From the sequence record LC727698.1: 64,000 nt of DNA, one strand, 5' to 3'. Made by a program: the position numbers and the translations under genes. Below the pieces are notes generated by a model. The model had not been told where the DNA came from. It saw nothing but the letters and a program-made list of their open reading frames with translations, and made no database searches. Shown here in pieces: positions 28,968 through 39,099 of the stretch (position 1 is its first letter; each line of letters opens with the position of its first letter).

Positions 28968-29037
28968 AAAAATAGTCCTTAATATGGATATTTATCTTAT
29001 ATATAAATTAAAAGGGGAATTTAATTCCCCTTTAGCA

Positions 29038-29784
29038 TTACTTACCTTTTCTTACCAAAATTGACATACAATGTGCTAATTCGTCATAGTAATTTGGAAA
29101 TAATTGCTTTACTTTTTTATGAAAACTCATAGGCATTGTTTTATTTTTATCTGCTATATAGTAATATTCGGGATCAACTTTCATTAATCTAATAGCATCA
29201 GTGCCAGTTAATTGTATTTTATTTAATAATGTTTCAGTTTCCCTAGATTTAGGTAATTTATTATTACATATTTCAGAAATTACAAGGCAAGGTTTAATGT
29301 TATCTATATTGTTATTTGCTATAAATTCGATAAATTTTGTTCTAAACGAAATTTTAATTAAATGCTCAGGAATAGGTGTATTATATACTATTGAGTTTAA
29401 ATCTAAATCTGTTAATATTTTTGCCATACGTTTTATACAGTCTTTAGAATTATAATAAATTACACGATAGTATGGAGTATTATGCCAGACTTGTATATAC
29501 TTCATTAACACTTTGGGGTGAATACTAACAATAGTTTTTAACCGCTCGGTTGGAATAATATCGCCTAATGTGTGTATATGTCTAGCAACAAACTTGTCTG
29601 ACATTTTAGAAACTAATCTAGTTTTTGCTGCTGTAGATGCATCTACAGCAACATGATACAGTAGTTCGTCGTCATCAGAATAATTATTCTCTATTAGTTT
29701 TACGATGTTATGTTTTTTGCTATTATACGTATTTAATAAGATTTCCTTCAAATCTTCTTTTTCTATATAAATTTTGTTATTCAT
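29038..29784 (-). CDS. Hypothetical protein
   Basis: Coupled ORF in a three-gene run. Confidence 0.65.
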   Translation of the reverse strand: MNNKIYIEKEDLKEILLNTYNSKKHNIVKLIENNYSDDDELLYHVAVDASTAAKTRLVSKMSDKFVARHIHTLGDIIPTERLKTIVSIHPKVLMKYIQVWHNTPYYRVIYYNSKDCIKRMAKILTDLDLNSIVYNTPIPEHLIKISFRTKFIEFIANNNIDNIKPCLVISEICNNKLPKSRETETLLNKIQLTGTDAIRLMKVDPEYYYIADKNKTMPMSFHKKVKQLFPNYYDELAHCMSILVRKGK

Positions 29785-30736
29785 TTGTTTTTCTTTTTCC
29801 TTTGCCTGTAGATAAAATATACATAAAATATTCTTCGTTATTTTTTAATTCAGGATACATCTTAAACATTTCTGACCAACTAGTTTTTGTTAATTTTTCG
29901 AGATGCTTAGGTACTATAGGCTTAAAGGTTGTTGTATATTTCTTAGCAAATGCCACTAAGTTAGCACCTGTAAACGGAGTGCCGTGTACAAATTCTTTAG
30001 AAGAAAGTTCATCCGATATATCGTTTTCGTTAATTTCAAAAAAGTTAACAATATTGTATACATCAGATTTAGAAATGTACCTATTTTTTATTATATCGTT
30101 TTTTATTGTATCTAAAGTAAATATTTGCTTAAGATCGTTTACTGTATCTAAAGCATATTTAGGACACAATTTATTAGACTTATTAAAGTCAGATACTGTA
30201 TGTTTAACTGCTGGCGGCAAATGGTAATAATACGAAAACGAATTATAAGTAAATACAAGATTTGCCATACTACACAGACGTTTAATATGTTTATCTATTA
30301 CATTGGCATATAATTTATCATAATTTTTATATGTTTTTAAATTATGTAAATCAGACATATGTATTTTATTTAAACACAGCATTAATGGAATACAGTCACT
30401 GTACCTAGCTGCCACATTATTTACAATAGGTTTACTGTTGAATTTAGATTTAAACTCATTAATTATTTTTTCATTAAACAAAATAGAAATGTCTTTTATA
30501 AGAAATTCATGCAATGCTCTGCATAACCCATCAAACTGTGTACTATTCTTAAATGCATAAAGACTAGTAGATAAACTATCATTGTTAAAAAACGATGATA
30601 ATGCATGGTGTGCATCCGATGAATGTGCTAACGGTATGTCATATCTAATAGAACTTTCTAATATATATTCTATATCGTTTCGTTCTACCGAATTCCAGTC
30701 AATTTGCGATAACATTTGTGATACTGATTTTTTCAT
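29777..30736 (-). CDS. Hypothetical protein
   Basis: 319-aa coupled ORF. Confidence 0.65.
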   Translation of the reverse strand: MKKSVSQMLSQIDWNSVERNDIEYILESSIRYDIPLAHSSDAHHALSSFFNNDSLSTSLYAFKNSTQFDGLCRALHEFLIKDISILFNEKIINEFKSKFNSKPIVNNVAARYSDCIPLMLCLNKIHMSDLHNLKTYKNYDKLYANVIDKHIKRLCSMANLVFTYNSFSYYYHLPPAVKHTVSDFNKSNKLCPKYALDTVNDLKQIFTLDTIKNDIIKNRYISKSDVYNIVNFFEINENDISDELSSKEFVHGTPFTGANLVAFAKKYTTTFKPIVPKHLEKLTKTSWSEMFKMYPELKNNEEYFMYILSTGKGKRKTNE

Positions 30737-31629
30737 TAGTTTCGGGGACCTTTAAGTTTTGCTAGTACATGTTGTTCTGACCCAGCCAAATGAGGGAAGA
30801 TCTTTATAAGTTTGTTCCAGTACGAATACGGCAAAAAATCGAGATTTATATGATCTAAATATTTTATATAATTACTATGCAACCTATTCCTCGAAAATAT
30901 AGTCAATATATGTCGTCCTGCTATATAAGACCAATCTATATTTTTAAGAAATTTAATACAACTGTCAGTAGACATTGTCTGACCATTTGCTTTATGCATA
31001 TAGAATAGCGAAGACATCCTTTCAAAAAGAAACCAGTGATATTGTTTATTTTTAGAAATAGTATCAAACCCTACAAATTTTACATATTCTTCAAAAACAG
31101 AATATCTTTTACTACAAAAAAAATTAAATACTGTTTTATCCAACAAAACGTTATGTCGTTTTAATTCTTTTAAAATAAGTCTTACTATGTTTAAATCAGG
31201 TAAAGATTGTATGGTACACAATTGCGTTATTATATCTTTAGATAATGCTTTTCTCGGTTTTAAATTCTTTAAAACAACATAAAATAATTTATGACATGTT
31301 ATAGGAACTTTTATAGGAAACATTGAATTTGAAAATTTTCCAATACATTGCCTGACAAGATATAAATCTTTTTTACTTATAGATCTGTTATATTCACTAA
31401 TAGAAGATGAATAATTACTTGATATAAAGTTTACTAATTTGGGACTTTTAATTTCCATAAGAACATTCAATACAGTAGCATTGAACGGTATATATTCAAC
31501 ATCAATAGAATTACAGACTGCAATTAGTGCATCTTTAGCTGAATTATTAGCAATTGTTATTTCTTTATTTTTTCTAAATTTAATGAAATATTCTAATTCA
31601 CTTAAAGCTTTAATGTAACTAATATCCAT
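30736..31629 (-). CDS. Hypothetical protein
   Basis: 297-aa coupled ORF. Confidence 0.65.
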   Translation of the reverse strand: MDISYIKALSELEYFIKFRKNKEITIANNSAKDALIAVCNSIDVEYIPFNATVLNVLMEIKSPKLVNFISSNYSSSISEYNRSISKKDLYLVRQCIGKFSNSMFPIKVPITCHKLFYVVLKNLKPRKALSKDIITQLCTIQSLPDLNIVRLILKELKRHNVLLDKTVFNFFCSKRYSVFEEYVKFVGFDTISKNKQYHWFLFERMSSLFYMHKANGQTMSTDSCIKFLKNIDWSYIAGRHILTIFSRNRLHSNYIKYLDHINLDFLPYSYWNKLIKIFPHLAGSEQHVLAKLKGPRN

Positions 31630-31719
31630 ACATATACCGTAAAAATTTTTACCATACTATAAAATATGTATATTCAATAGTCAACTGTGTTTGGTAACAA
31701 AATGTGGTAATTAGGCACT

Positions 31720-31748
31720 TGACATTGGTATTGTCTTTTAGTAAACTG
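31720..31748 (+). promoter_or_regulatory. Sigma70-like promoter with no downstream ORF
   Basis: TTGACA-N17-TAAACT. Confidence 0.7.
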
Positions 31749-31753
31749 TGCGC

Positions 31754-32480
31754 TTGCGTAAGAAATGTATATACGATAGTGCTATATGTATATACAGACA
31801 AGTGGCTCTGTTCCATCATTGGATATTGGTAGTAGAAACTATCCCCATCGTGCTGTTATTGTAGTTCCGATAGTGTCGGGTTAACGTTTTAACAGTTATT
31901 TAAATTATGATTTTGGGTGCCACAGAGATTGTACTTACTAAAAGGACTTAGTAAGAACCGCATATAATCTCGAAACTTGTGTAGGATGTTGGTCTAACCA
32001 CGGCATAGAATATATGCCTCAACTACTACACGGAAAGGATGATGCTCTGGTCGAAACAGAGTTTCTATAAATCTTTCAGTATAGACTCCGTATGGCTGAA
32101 AGTTGAAACACCAACATCAATAGACTATAGTTTTTGTTAGTGTGGCTATAGTTTATTCCGGCATTGAAAGTATATACAGTGATGCGAGACAGTAAGCATT
32201 AGTAGCAACTGTATATATGAGTAAGAGGATGCGTTTACAATGAGGAATTACCTATCGGTGCCCGCCTCAGGGATTGCACTTCCCGACGTACACTAAACTT
32301 CGTACCATACCGAAACATACGTTTCTGTTATTACGATTTCCTTCCCAAACGGGGAGGAAATCTTCTCCGCCCGAATATCATAAGATCAAAAGCATTAATA
32401 ATTAATACATAAAATTCGTTTAAGTAGTTATTAAGTATATGAGTTGTAGTTTACGAAAACGAATATACTTAATAACTACC
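31754..32480 (+). ncRNA. Putative large structured non-coding RNA, family not recognised
   Basis: No ORF of 60 aa or more; GC above the flanks; about 10 local hairpins plus long-range helices whose imperfections are mostly G-U on the + strand; promoter upstream and terminator at 32733-32760. Confidence 0.65.
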
Positions 32481-32594
32481 AGTGAAGCTTGCTTCGCTGT
32501 TTAAAATTGCAATTTGTATTTTCAATTTTATATTTCGAAATGTGTTTTTGAAAATCAATCTATAAAATATAATTTTAAATATTATTTTTAAATG

Positions 32595-32681
32595 TCATTT
32601 TGTGATTTTAATTTAAAATACTATTTCATGATTTAAAATGGAAATATATTAAACAATATCATTTTGTGATTTTAATTTAAA
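32595..32681. repeat. 23-bp direct repeat in AT-rich zone
   Basis: TCATTTTGTGATTTTAATTTAAA at 32595-32617 and 32659-32681. Confidence 0.8.
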
Positions 32682-32732
32682 CAATTCCATATAAAACTAT
32701 TTTGTCTATTTCTTTTATAATCTTAAAGTCAT

Positions 32733-32763
32733 TAAAAACCCTACAGACGTAGGGTTTTTATTT
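32733..32763. terminator. Bidirectional terminator
   Basis: TAAAAACCCTAC-agac-GTAGGGTTTTTA. Confidence 0.8.
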
Positions 32764-33443
32764 GATTATATGGTATTCGGTTTTAGATATTCAGATTATT
32801 ATAATTAATAATATCTGTACGATAACTATATTTTATAGAAATACATTTACTAATTACATTTATCAATGAATGGTTATTTTCTTTATATTTAATGCGTCTC
32901 AGGGTATATAGCAAATATGATAAATCAAGACACATAATATATTGTGTCTATATTTTTAATTTCATTAATCTACATAATTGTTTATTAATGTATACAGTTA
33001 TATACGTTATGTTGTAATAACAAACTAAATTATATAGAGAATACACATTAAATTCTGTTTTGTGTCAAATCAACATTACATATATCATTATGTATTGATA
33101 CTTGCTGTATATATAAAAATAATTAGTTATTATGTGCTTTAGAAGAATTCCATTATAATTAGTTTTCTGTGTCATTTGTCAAATGATGAAAAACATAATT
33201 CTTTCATCTATTTTTATTAAATGTTATTCAAGATTTATAATATAATTTTATAATGTTTGCAATTTATGACACAAGCTATTTTAATAGAATTATACTATTC
33301 AAAGTTTTGACTTATTTTGTGTGTAAACGACAAAAATAGGCATATATATAAAAAGCACACCTGTTTCCTGTATGAAACAAAATAGTATTTTATTAAAAAT
33401 AGTGTATAGTAGTAAAAAACATCATTAATCATGCACGCAATTT

Positions 33444-33665
33444 ATGGCAAACGTAATTAAAGAACTTCATCCCATTAAAGGATATTGCATAGTTGTGCGT
33501 CATCCGGGCGATACTAGATTTAGCTGGGTATCGCTAGACAATCAATATATTTTGGTAGACAATCCAGTACTTTTAAATGATGAATTTGATAATTGTAAAA
33601 ACGAATGGCCAGATGCTGAAATAAAAATAGTAGAAGTGTATGTTGTCCCGGAGAAGGTGTTATGA
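33444..33665 (+). CDS. Hypothetical protein (paralog pair with the next gene)
   Basis: C-terminus VEVYVVPEKVL vs MEIYLVPENFL. Confidence 0.6.
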   Translation: MANVIKELHPIKGYCIVVRHPGDTRFSWVSLDNQYILVDNPVLLNDEFDNCKNEWPDAEIKIVEVYVVPEKVL

Positions 33666-33880
33666 ATGCTATATCCAAAATATCTCCGTCTAAATGTTAC
33701 ACTGTCGTAGTTACAGATAATAATTGGAAATCATGCACGTGGATAAATTATAATGATTCTCCGGTTGTAGAATACGATATTTCTAAAATATCACCTATAT
33801 TGGAATCTTGTAAGAAAAAGTTTGGCAATAGTAATGTAAGGGTAATGGAAATATATTTAGTACCGGAAAACTTTTTATGA
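33662..33880 (+). CDS. Hypothetical protein (paralog of the previous gene)
   Basis: ATGA overlap; shared termini. Confidence 0.6.
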   Translation: MNAISKISPSKCYTVVVTDNNWKSCTWINYNDSPVVEYDISKISPILESCKKKFGNSNVRVMEIYLVPENFL

Positions 33881-34086
33881 AAATTCGTTATATATTACTA
33901 TTAATATTATCAGACTTACAAACACTAGTAAAGGTACAGGCATTTTTATTTGCATTGCTTCCCTGTGTTATTTTGTTTCTTCCTGCATCGTTCTTTATTA
34001 CATTAGTTATAACAATTGCCATAGTATGGATAATAAGTTTACTATCTTATTTGCTTATTAATAAACTTATACAAACGAGGAGCTAA
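33877..34086 (+). CDS. Small membrane protein
   Basis: Hydrophobic; ATGA overlap. Confidence 0.5.
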   Translation: MKIRYILLLILSDLQTLVKVQAFLFALLPCVILFLPASFFITLVITIAIVWIISLLSYLLINKLIQTRS

Positions 34087-34088
34087 AA

Positions 34089-34286
34089 ATGGCAGGTCTA
34101 AGAAAATGCATTGATGAATTCTGCAAAGGATGCATCTATGATCCTGAGTCTACCGGTAGTTGGCGACAACAAGTAGAAAATTGTAGTGCTAAATCATGCG
34201 AACTATGGGAAGTTCGACCTGTTTCGGTAGGAACTAAACAAGAAAGAATTATTGCAAAACAAAAAAGTTCACAAGAACTTGCGTAA
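34089..34286 (+). CDS. Small Cys-rich protein
   Basis: CxxCxYD...W...C....C.LW; GAGGAG RBS. Confidence 0.65.
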   Translation: MAGLRKCIDEFCKGCIYDPESTGSWRQQVENCSAKSCELWEVRPVSVGTKQERIIAKQKSSQELA

Positions 34287-34322
34287 GACAGCTAACCAAC
34301 CTAACTCTAGGTTAACCCTAGG

Positions 34323-34351
34323 TTGACTCATTTGTTGGATAGCACTATACT
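34323..34351 (+). promoter_or_regulatory. Sigma70-like promoter
   Basis: TTGACT-N17-TATACT. Confidence 0.75.
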
Positions 34352-34389
34352 TGTAGCATGTTTAAAAAACATAGCTAGGAGTAGCATTT

Positions 34390-35547
34390 ATGAGTCAGAT
34401 GTACGTAACTATCACTAATGGAATGTACCGTAACCAGCAAGTAAACGGCACATTCCTTTTACTCGAAGATGTGAAAGTTACTGGGTCGGGAAAACGAGTT
34501 ATTAACGTATTAGGTGCATTGCCGGAATGGTCTCAACATAAATGTAGAGTTACACTCGGTAATGACGCAACAGTACAGTATTCGAACGAACAAGGAGAGG
34601 TTTTAGATTTGCCTAATGTTATACGTCCTTTTGTGGGCGAAAATAATAATAATAATGTTCCTGCATCTAGTCGCGGTACAGTGTATGAAGGCACTGCAAT
34701 AGAAATTGACTACGAAAAGCAATACCAACAACTAGAATCCGAAAACGATGCAATGAATCGTATCAAACGGACCTTTGAGATTGTAAATGAACTAACAGAG
34801 GCAGCCGCAGCAGGCGAAATCCGTTCTATGATCATTTCTGGTCCTCCCGGAATCGGAAAAAGTTTCGGTGTAGAAGAAACACTAAACAGGTGTTTCTTGT
34901 TGGATAAAATTAAAGATAATAAAGAACCGTTTGAGATCGTAAAGGGCGCTGCAAGTGCAATTGGTGTTTACCAAAAGCTTTACGAATTTAAAGATAAAGG
35001 TAAAATCCTTATTTTCGATGATTGCGACCGCGTACTATTTGACGAAGATAGTCTAAATCTCCTTAAAGGTGCATTAGATACTACTAAGCGTAGAACTATT
35101 TACTGGCTTAGTGAGTCCCGTGTTTTAAAAGAAAATGATATTCCACCTAAATTCGATTTCGAAGGTAGTGTAATTTTCCTTACTAACCTTAACTTCGAGG
35201 ATACAAAGTCCCGAATCGGAAGGCACCTAGAAGCAATTATGTCCCGGTGTCATTATTTAGACATGGAAATTAGTAGTACGAGAGACCAGATCCTTCGTAT
35301 TAAACAAGTTGTGCGCGACGGGATGCTTAGTAAATATGAATTTAATAACGGAGAAGATGAAGAAATCCTAGAATATATTATCGATAATCAGAATGATCTG
35401 CGAGAACTTAGCTTGCGTATGGTAATTAAAATTGCCGATCTGATTAAATTCAAAAAAGATGGTTGGCGAGAATATGCAGAGACAACTGTACTGAAACGGA
35501 ATGCAAAATTCCGGCGGCTGTATAACGAAAAGTACAGTGATATTTAA
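34390..35547 (+). CDS. AAA-family ATPase
   Basis: Walker A GPPGIGKS, Walker B LIFDD. Confidence 0.8.
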   Translation: MSQMYVTITNGMYRNQQVNGTFLLLEDVKVTGSGKRVINVLGALPEWSQHKCRVTLGNDATVQYSNEQGEVLDLPNVIRPFVGENNNNNVPASSRGTVYEGTAIEIDYEKQYQQLESENDAMNRIKRTFEIVNELTEAAAAGEIRSMIISGPPGIGKSFGVEETLNRCFLLDKIKDNKEPFEIVKGAASAIGVYQKLYEFKDKGKILIFDDCDRVLFDEDSLNLLKGALDTTKRRTIYWLSESRVLKENDIPPKFDFEGSVIFLTNLNFEDTKSRIGRHLEAIMSRCHYLDMEISSTRDQILRIKQVVRDGMLSKYEFNNGEDEEILEYIIDNQNDLRELSLRMVIKIADLIKFKKDGWREYAETTVLKRNAKFRRLYNEKYSDI

Positions 35548-35590
35548 TACACAATAAAGTAGCAAGGATGCTACTTTCCGGAGATACGGT

Positions 35591-36148
35591 ATGAATCATT
35601 GTGTTAGGTTTGCTTTTTTAGATAGAAATATAAAAAGTTCTATAACAACGTTTATAGTTATACCTTTAATTCTTACGTCTGTAATATATTTCCTTTTTTC
35701 AGAACAAAATGTGTGGCCAGCGTGTTTTTATTTTGTCACTATGCTTATAATTTTGTTTATTGCAGAACTAGCAGCGTGTTCATCTGGAAATTTTTTTAAT
35801 TGTGCTTTAAGTATATTCTCTATTTTTAGAAATATTGGTCACTTTGATACAACTTGGAAAATAACAAATGATGGTTTTATTTATTCTTTAAAAGATAACG
35901 AAACTATACACATCTTTGTAAATAAAAACGGTGTATATTTACATAATAATGGAAAATTTATTTATGTAGATAATGTTAAAAATACTAAAATAGATTTATC
36001 TAAACTGTCTCACCCGGTATTTATATTAATAACATTTTACCTAAAACATAAACTCAAAGAAGATATGATACTGGCAGATTTATACGGATCAGTAAGTTCT
36101 AGTGTATTCATGAATGATGAAGATTTTCAAAAATTATACAGACGCTAA
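35591..36148 (+). CDS. Hypothetical membrane protein
   Basis: Two TM-like segments. Confidence 0.55.
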   Translation: MNHCVRFAFLDRNIKSSITTFIVIPLILTSVIYFLFSEQNVWPACFYFVTMLIILFIAELAACSSGNFFNCALSIFSIFRNIGHFDTTWKITNDGFIYSLKDNETIHIFVNKNGVYLHNNGKFIYVDNVKNTKIDLSKLSHPVFILITFYLKHKLKEDMILADLYGSVSSSVFMNDEDFQKLYRR

Positions 36149-36524
36149 AAAATATCTAAATACGTTTGTTTCTTGTAAACCAGAACAAACAGATATGCAT
36201 AGTGTATTAAATGGATATCAAAATTATTGTATATTCTCGTGTTTAATAGATTCTGCACAAAATTTAATAACAACTAAATTTTCTGATACTAATACTAATT
36301 CATACGAATGGATTATTTCGTACAAAGAAAATAATAAAAATATAACATATTCTGTTGAAAACAAACCAGACATCCTAAAGAATAACGGGTTGTCTGTTGC
36401 CTTTATTGTATGTAGGGCAAAAATAGTGTATACTAATAAATTAACAGAATTTGGTAAAACTAAATTAAAAGAAAAAAGAAATATTCTGTTAATAGACAGA
36501 GATAAAGAAAAACTAAAAATATAA
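36114..36524 (+). CDS. Hypothetical protein
   Basis: Packed ORF. Confidence 0.5.
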   Translation: MMKIFKNYTDAKKYLNTFVSCKPEQTDMHSVLNGYQNYCIFSCLIDSAQNLITTKFSDTNTNSYEWIISYKENNKNITYSVENKPDILKNNGLSVAFIVCRAKIVYTNKLTEFGKTKLKEKRNILLIDRDKEKLKI

Positions 36525-36526
36525 CC

Positions 36527-37393
36527 ATGAATAGTATAATTATAAAAACAAAAAAAGATCTTTTATACGAAACAACACTGTCGAATTTAGGATTTATAAC
36601 AACTACTATACAAGTAGGTGATATAGTAGAGTTCGATAAAATAGAAGAAGAACTTAATTCTAAAGATTTCTTTACTGCTTTTGTACGTACATCTACTCAT
36701 TTTCAATACGAAATAGCAAAACGTTGTGCTTCGAGATGTAAAATTGTTTTCATAGACATAAATGGTTTTAGATCGGCACAAGAATGGGAAGATATTAAAA
36801 AAGAATTTCCGTATACTAGATTTATTTTATTAAAAAATAATATGTGGAATTCTAATATTTCTGATTTTAAAAAATTAATACCAGATACAAAAGCAATTAA
36901 TATAAAATGTCTTAATAAAAACAAATTAAATTCTTTAGATTACTGGAACACAATTAAGGGTTTTTCGTTCGGCGGAACAAGCAGAGATATATTGCCTCAT
37001 TTACTAAGTATATTTGTTTCATTAAATGATGATTTTGCAGAATCTGTAGCAACAGAGACAATATTAAAACGTAATTTGTCATTATCAGATATAAAAAAAT
37101 ATATACCGGGTCCTGGTTTAATTTATGATGTAGACGATTATTTTAATGTGTCGTATCAATCTAAAATAATATGTAATTTAGAAGCTGACTGGAAAAGTAA
37201 TAAAACTGATGTAAAAAATATAGAATTCATTTTAAATGACGATACTAGTAGTTTATTCGATATAGATTATAATGAAGAATCATCATATTCTCGGATGATA
37301 TCTAACTGTGTACAAAATTTAAGTAACGAAGGATTTTGGAGTTATCATTATTTAATAGATGAATGGATACTTAAACAAATAGAGAATTTATAA
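36527..37393 (+). CDS. Divergent Gfo/Idh/MocA-like oxidoreductase
   Basis: GGTSRDILPHLLS and DVDD resemble the family C-terminal motifs; N-terminal GxGxxG not evident. Confidence 0.45.
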   Translation: MNSIIIKTKKDLLYETTLSNLGFITTTIQVGDIVEFDKIEEELNSKDFFTAFVRTSTHFQYEIAKRCASRCKIVFIDINGFRSAQEWEDIKKEFPYTRFILLKNNMWNSNISDFKKLIPDTKAINIKCLNKNKLNSLDYWNTIKGFSFGGTSRDILPHLLSIFVSLNDDFAESVATETILKRNLSLSDIKKYIPGPGLIYDVDDYFNVSYQSKIICNLEADWKSNKTDVKNIEFILNDDTSSLFDIDYNEESSYSRMISNCVQNLSNEGFWSYHYLIDEWILKQIENL

Positions 37394-38295
37394 TGAAGGT
37401 CCGTTATTTTCATCCCATAAACAATGTATTCGAAGAAACAGTATGGGATAAGCCCGATATAAAAAATACAGAAATTGAAGTTAAAACAAAATATGTAGGT
37501 GTTTCCAATAATGATTTAAATGTAATTTATAACCAAACACCTTATGCTAGTAACAAATATGGTTGTGAAAGTGTAGGTATAGTAACAAAAGTTGGATCTA
37601 AAATTACTGATGTAAAAGTGGGAGATTTTGTAGCCACAACTACGAATCATTTATATTCAGATTTTTATAATTGTAAAACAGAAGAATATGTAAAAATTCC
37701 TAAATGTTCTCCTAGATATATTTTAGAACCAATTGCTCGATCATTAAATTTAATAACACAAAATTGGAACAAATTTGTAGAGTTAAATAGAAACGAAGGT
37801 AAAATACTTATTCTAGGATCTGGTTTTGTTGCATCTGTACTGTATACTGTCTTAACAAAAGAACACGATGTTGATCCTAATAGAATATATGTTGTTGGAT
37901 CTCATAATAAATCTATCTTTAATAAATCGTTGTATAATACTCTACCGATTCACTTGTATGACATAGTGTTTGATCTGCAGGGCATGAACACACCCTTAAC
38001 AAATAATATATTGAATACGAATTCCTTATTAATAATAGGTGCCGCAGGTAAACCGACTTTAATAGATTTAAATCTATTAGCACATAAATCTGTTACAATA
38101 AATTTCCCTAGTCCCGATAATAATAAATTTTACGAATCATTAAATGATGCATGTAGAATAGTAGAAACTAAAATCTTTGATCCTAATAAATTTTGGACTA
38201 AGGGATATAAAAGAGACACTGAATGGAAAAGTGCATTCAGTACAGGGATTAATCGCCCGAAACATTATAATTATGGTTATATTATTTGGAACTAA
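37393..38295 (+). CDS. Divergent GroES/MDR zinc-alcohol-dehydrogenase-like protein
   Basis: EIEVK...GCESVGIVTKVG...VKVGDFVA; ILGSGFVA. Confidence 0.7.
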   Translation: MKVRYFHPINNVFEETVWDKPDIKNTEIEVKTKYVGVSNNDLNVIYNQTPYASNKYGCESVGIVTKVGSKITDVKVGDFVATTTNHLYSDFYNCKTEEYVKIPKCSPRYILEPIARSLNLITQNWNKFVELNRNEGKILILGSGFVASVLYTVLTKEHDVDPNRIYVVGSHNKSIFNKSLYNTLPIHLYDIVFDLQGMNTPLTNNILNTNSLLIIGAAGKPTLIDLNLLAHKSVTINFPSPDNNKFYESLNDACRIVETKIFDPNKFWTKGYKRDTEWKSAFSTGINRPKHYNYGYIIWN

Positions 38296-38297
38296 CA

Positions 38298-38804
38298 ATG
38301 GATAGAAAAGAAGTAATTTATTTTATAGGAACAGAAGTCGAACATACTCCAGTATACGGTGAAAAAACACTTTTTGTTGCTGGTCCCCAAGACGGCGACG
38401 AAGTAGTAAGTAATGCATTGAAACATAACTGTAAACATATATATTTCGGTGCTAATCAAAGTTTCCCTCTACACAAAATAGATATAACAGAAGTAATTAA
38501 ATGGAAACAAATGATACTGCATTGCTTAAATAAAGGATTTTGGTGTACTTTAGATTTCGATATATGCAATTCTTCTGTAATTTTAGAAATGGATTTATCT
38601 AAGTATGATAAATTTATTCCTATTATAAGTGCAAAAATACCAAATATATCCGAATACAATAAAAACACTATAATAAAGATAGATGATATAGGTTTTAATG
38701 AAACTAACGAAGGAGTATGGTGTCATAAGTTAAACGATTTAAAAGATAATACCGTACGTACTAGCTGGGACAAATATACAGGAGATATTTCAATTGACGA
38801 ATAA
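38298..38804 (+). CDS. Hypothetical protein
   Basis: ATG at 38298; motifs FIGTEVEHTP and HIYFGANQSF. Confidence 0.7.
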   Translation: MDRKEVIYFIGTEVEHTPVYGEKTLFVAGPQDGDEVVSNALKHNCKHIYFGANQSFPLHKIDITEVIKWKQMILHCLNKGFWCTLDFDICNSSVILEMDLSKYDKFIPIISAKIPNISEYNKNTIIKIDDIGFNETNEGVWCHKLNDLKDNTVRTSWDKYTGDISIDE

Positions 38805-39099
38805 AATTAATTATAGCAAAGTATATGAACCGAAAGGCGCACTATATAGAATTCGTCGCATTTCTGACGGTGCATTTAGCACAGGGTCTTCCAGTCCGGT
38901 GTTTGTAACTTCTGGTCCAGGAAAAGTATTCAATACCTTAGGTAAACTTAGGTCTCATCTTACTACTATTCGTAATAACCCGGTTTTACAAGACATATAC
39001 AACGAATGTGAAATTGTTCAGTATGTAGAAGCTGACCAGTCAACATACACTCTAGCTGAACACACAGAATTACTTATACTTAAAAAGTTAACACAATAA
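38794..39099 (+). CDS. Hypothetical protein
   Basis: GGAGA RBS, TTG start. Confidence 0.6.
   Translation: MTNKINYSKVYEPKGALYRIRRISDGAFSTGSSSPVFVTSGPGKVFNTLGKLRSHLTTIRNNPVLQDIYNECEIVQYVEADQSTYTLAEHTELLILKKLTQ

Noticed and set aside
31748-32340. Group II intron (GTGCG at 31748) or group I intron
   Set aside because: No convincing domain V with AGC/CGC triad, no P7 core, no interrupted gene and no RT or endonuclease ORF; GTGCG overlaps the promoter -10 region.
31754-32400. tmRNA or RNase P RNA
   Set aside because: No tRNA-like acceptor/T arm with CCA and no tag frame; RNase P P4 consensus pairs not found.
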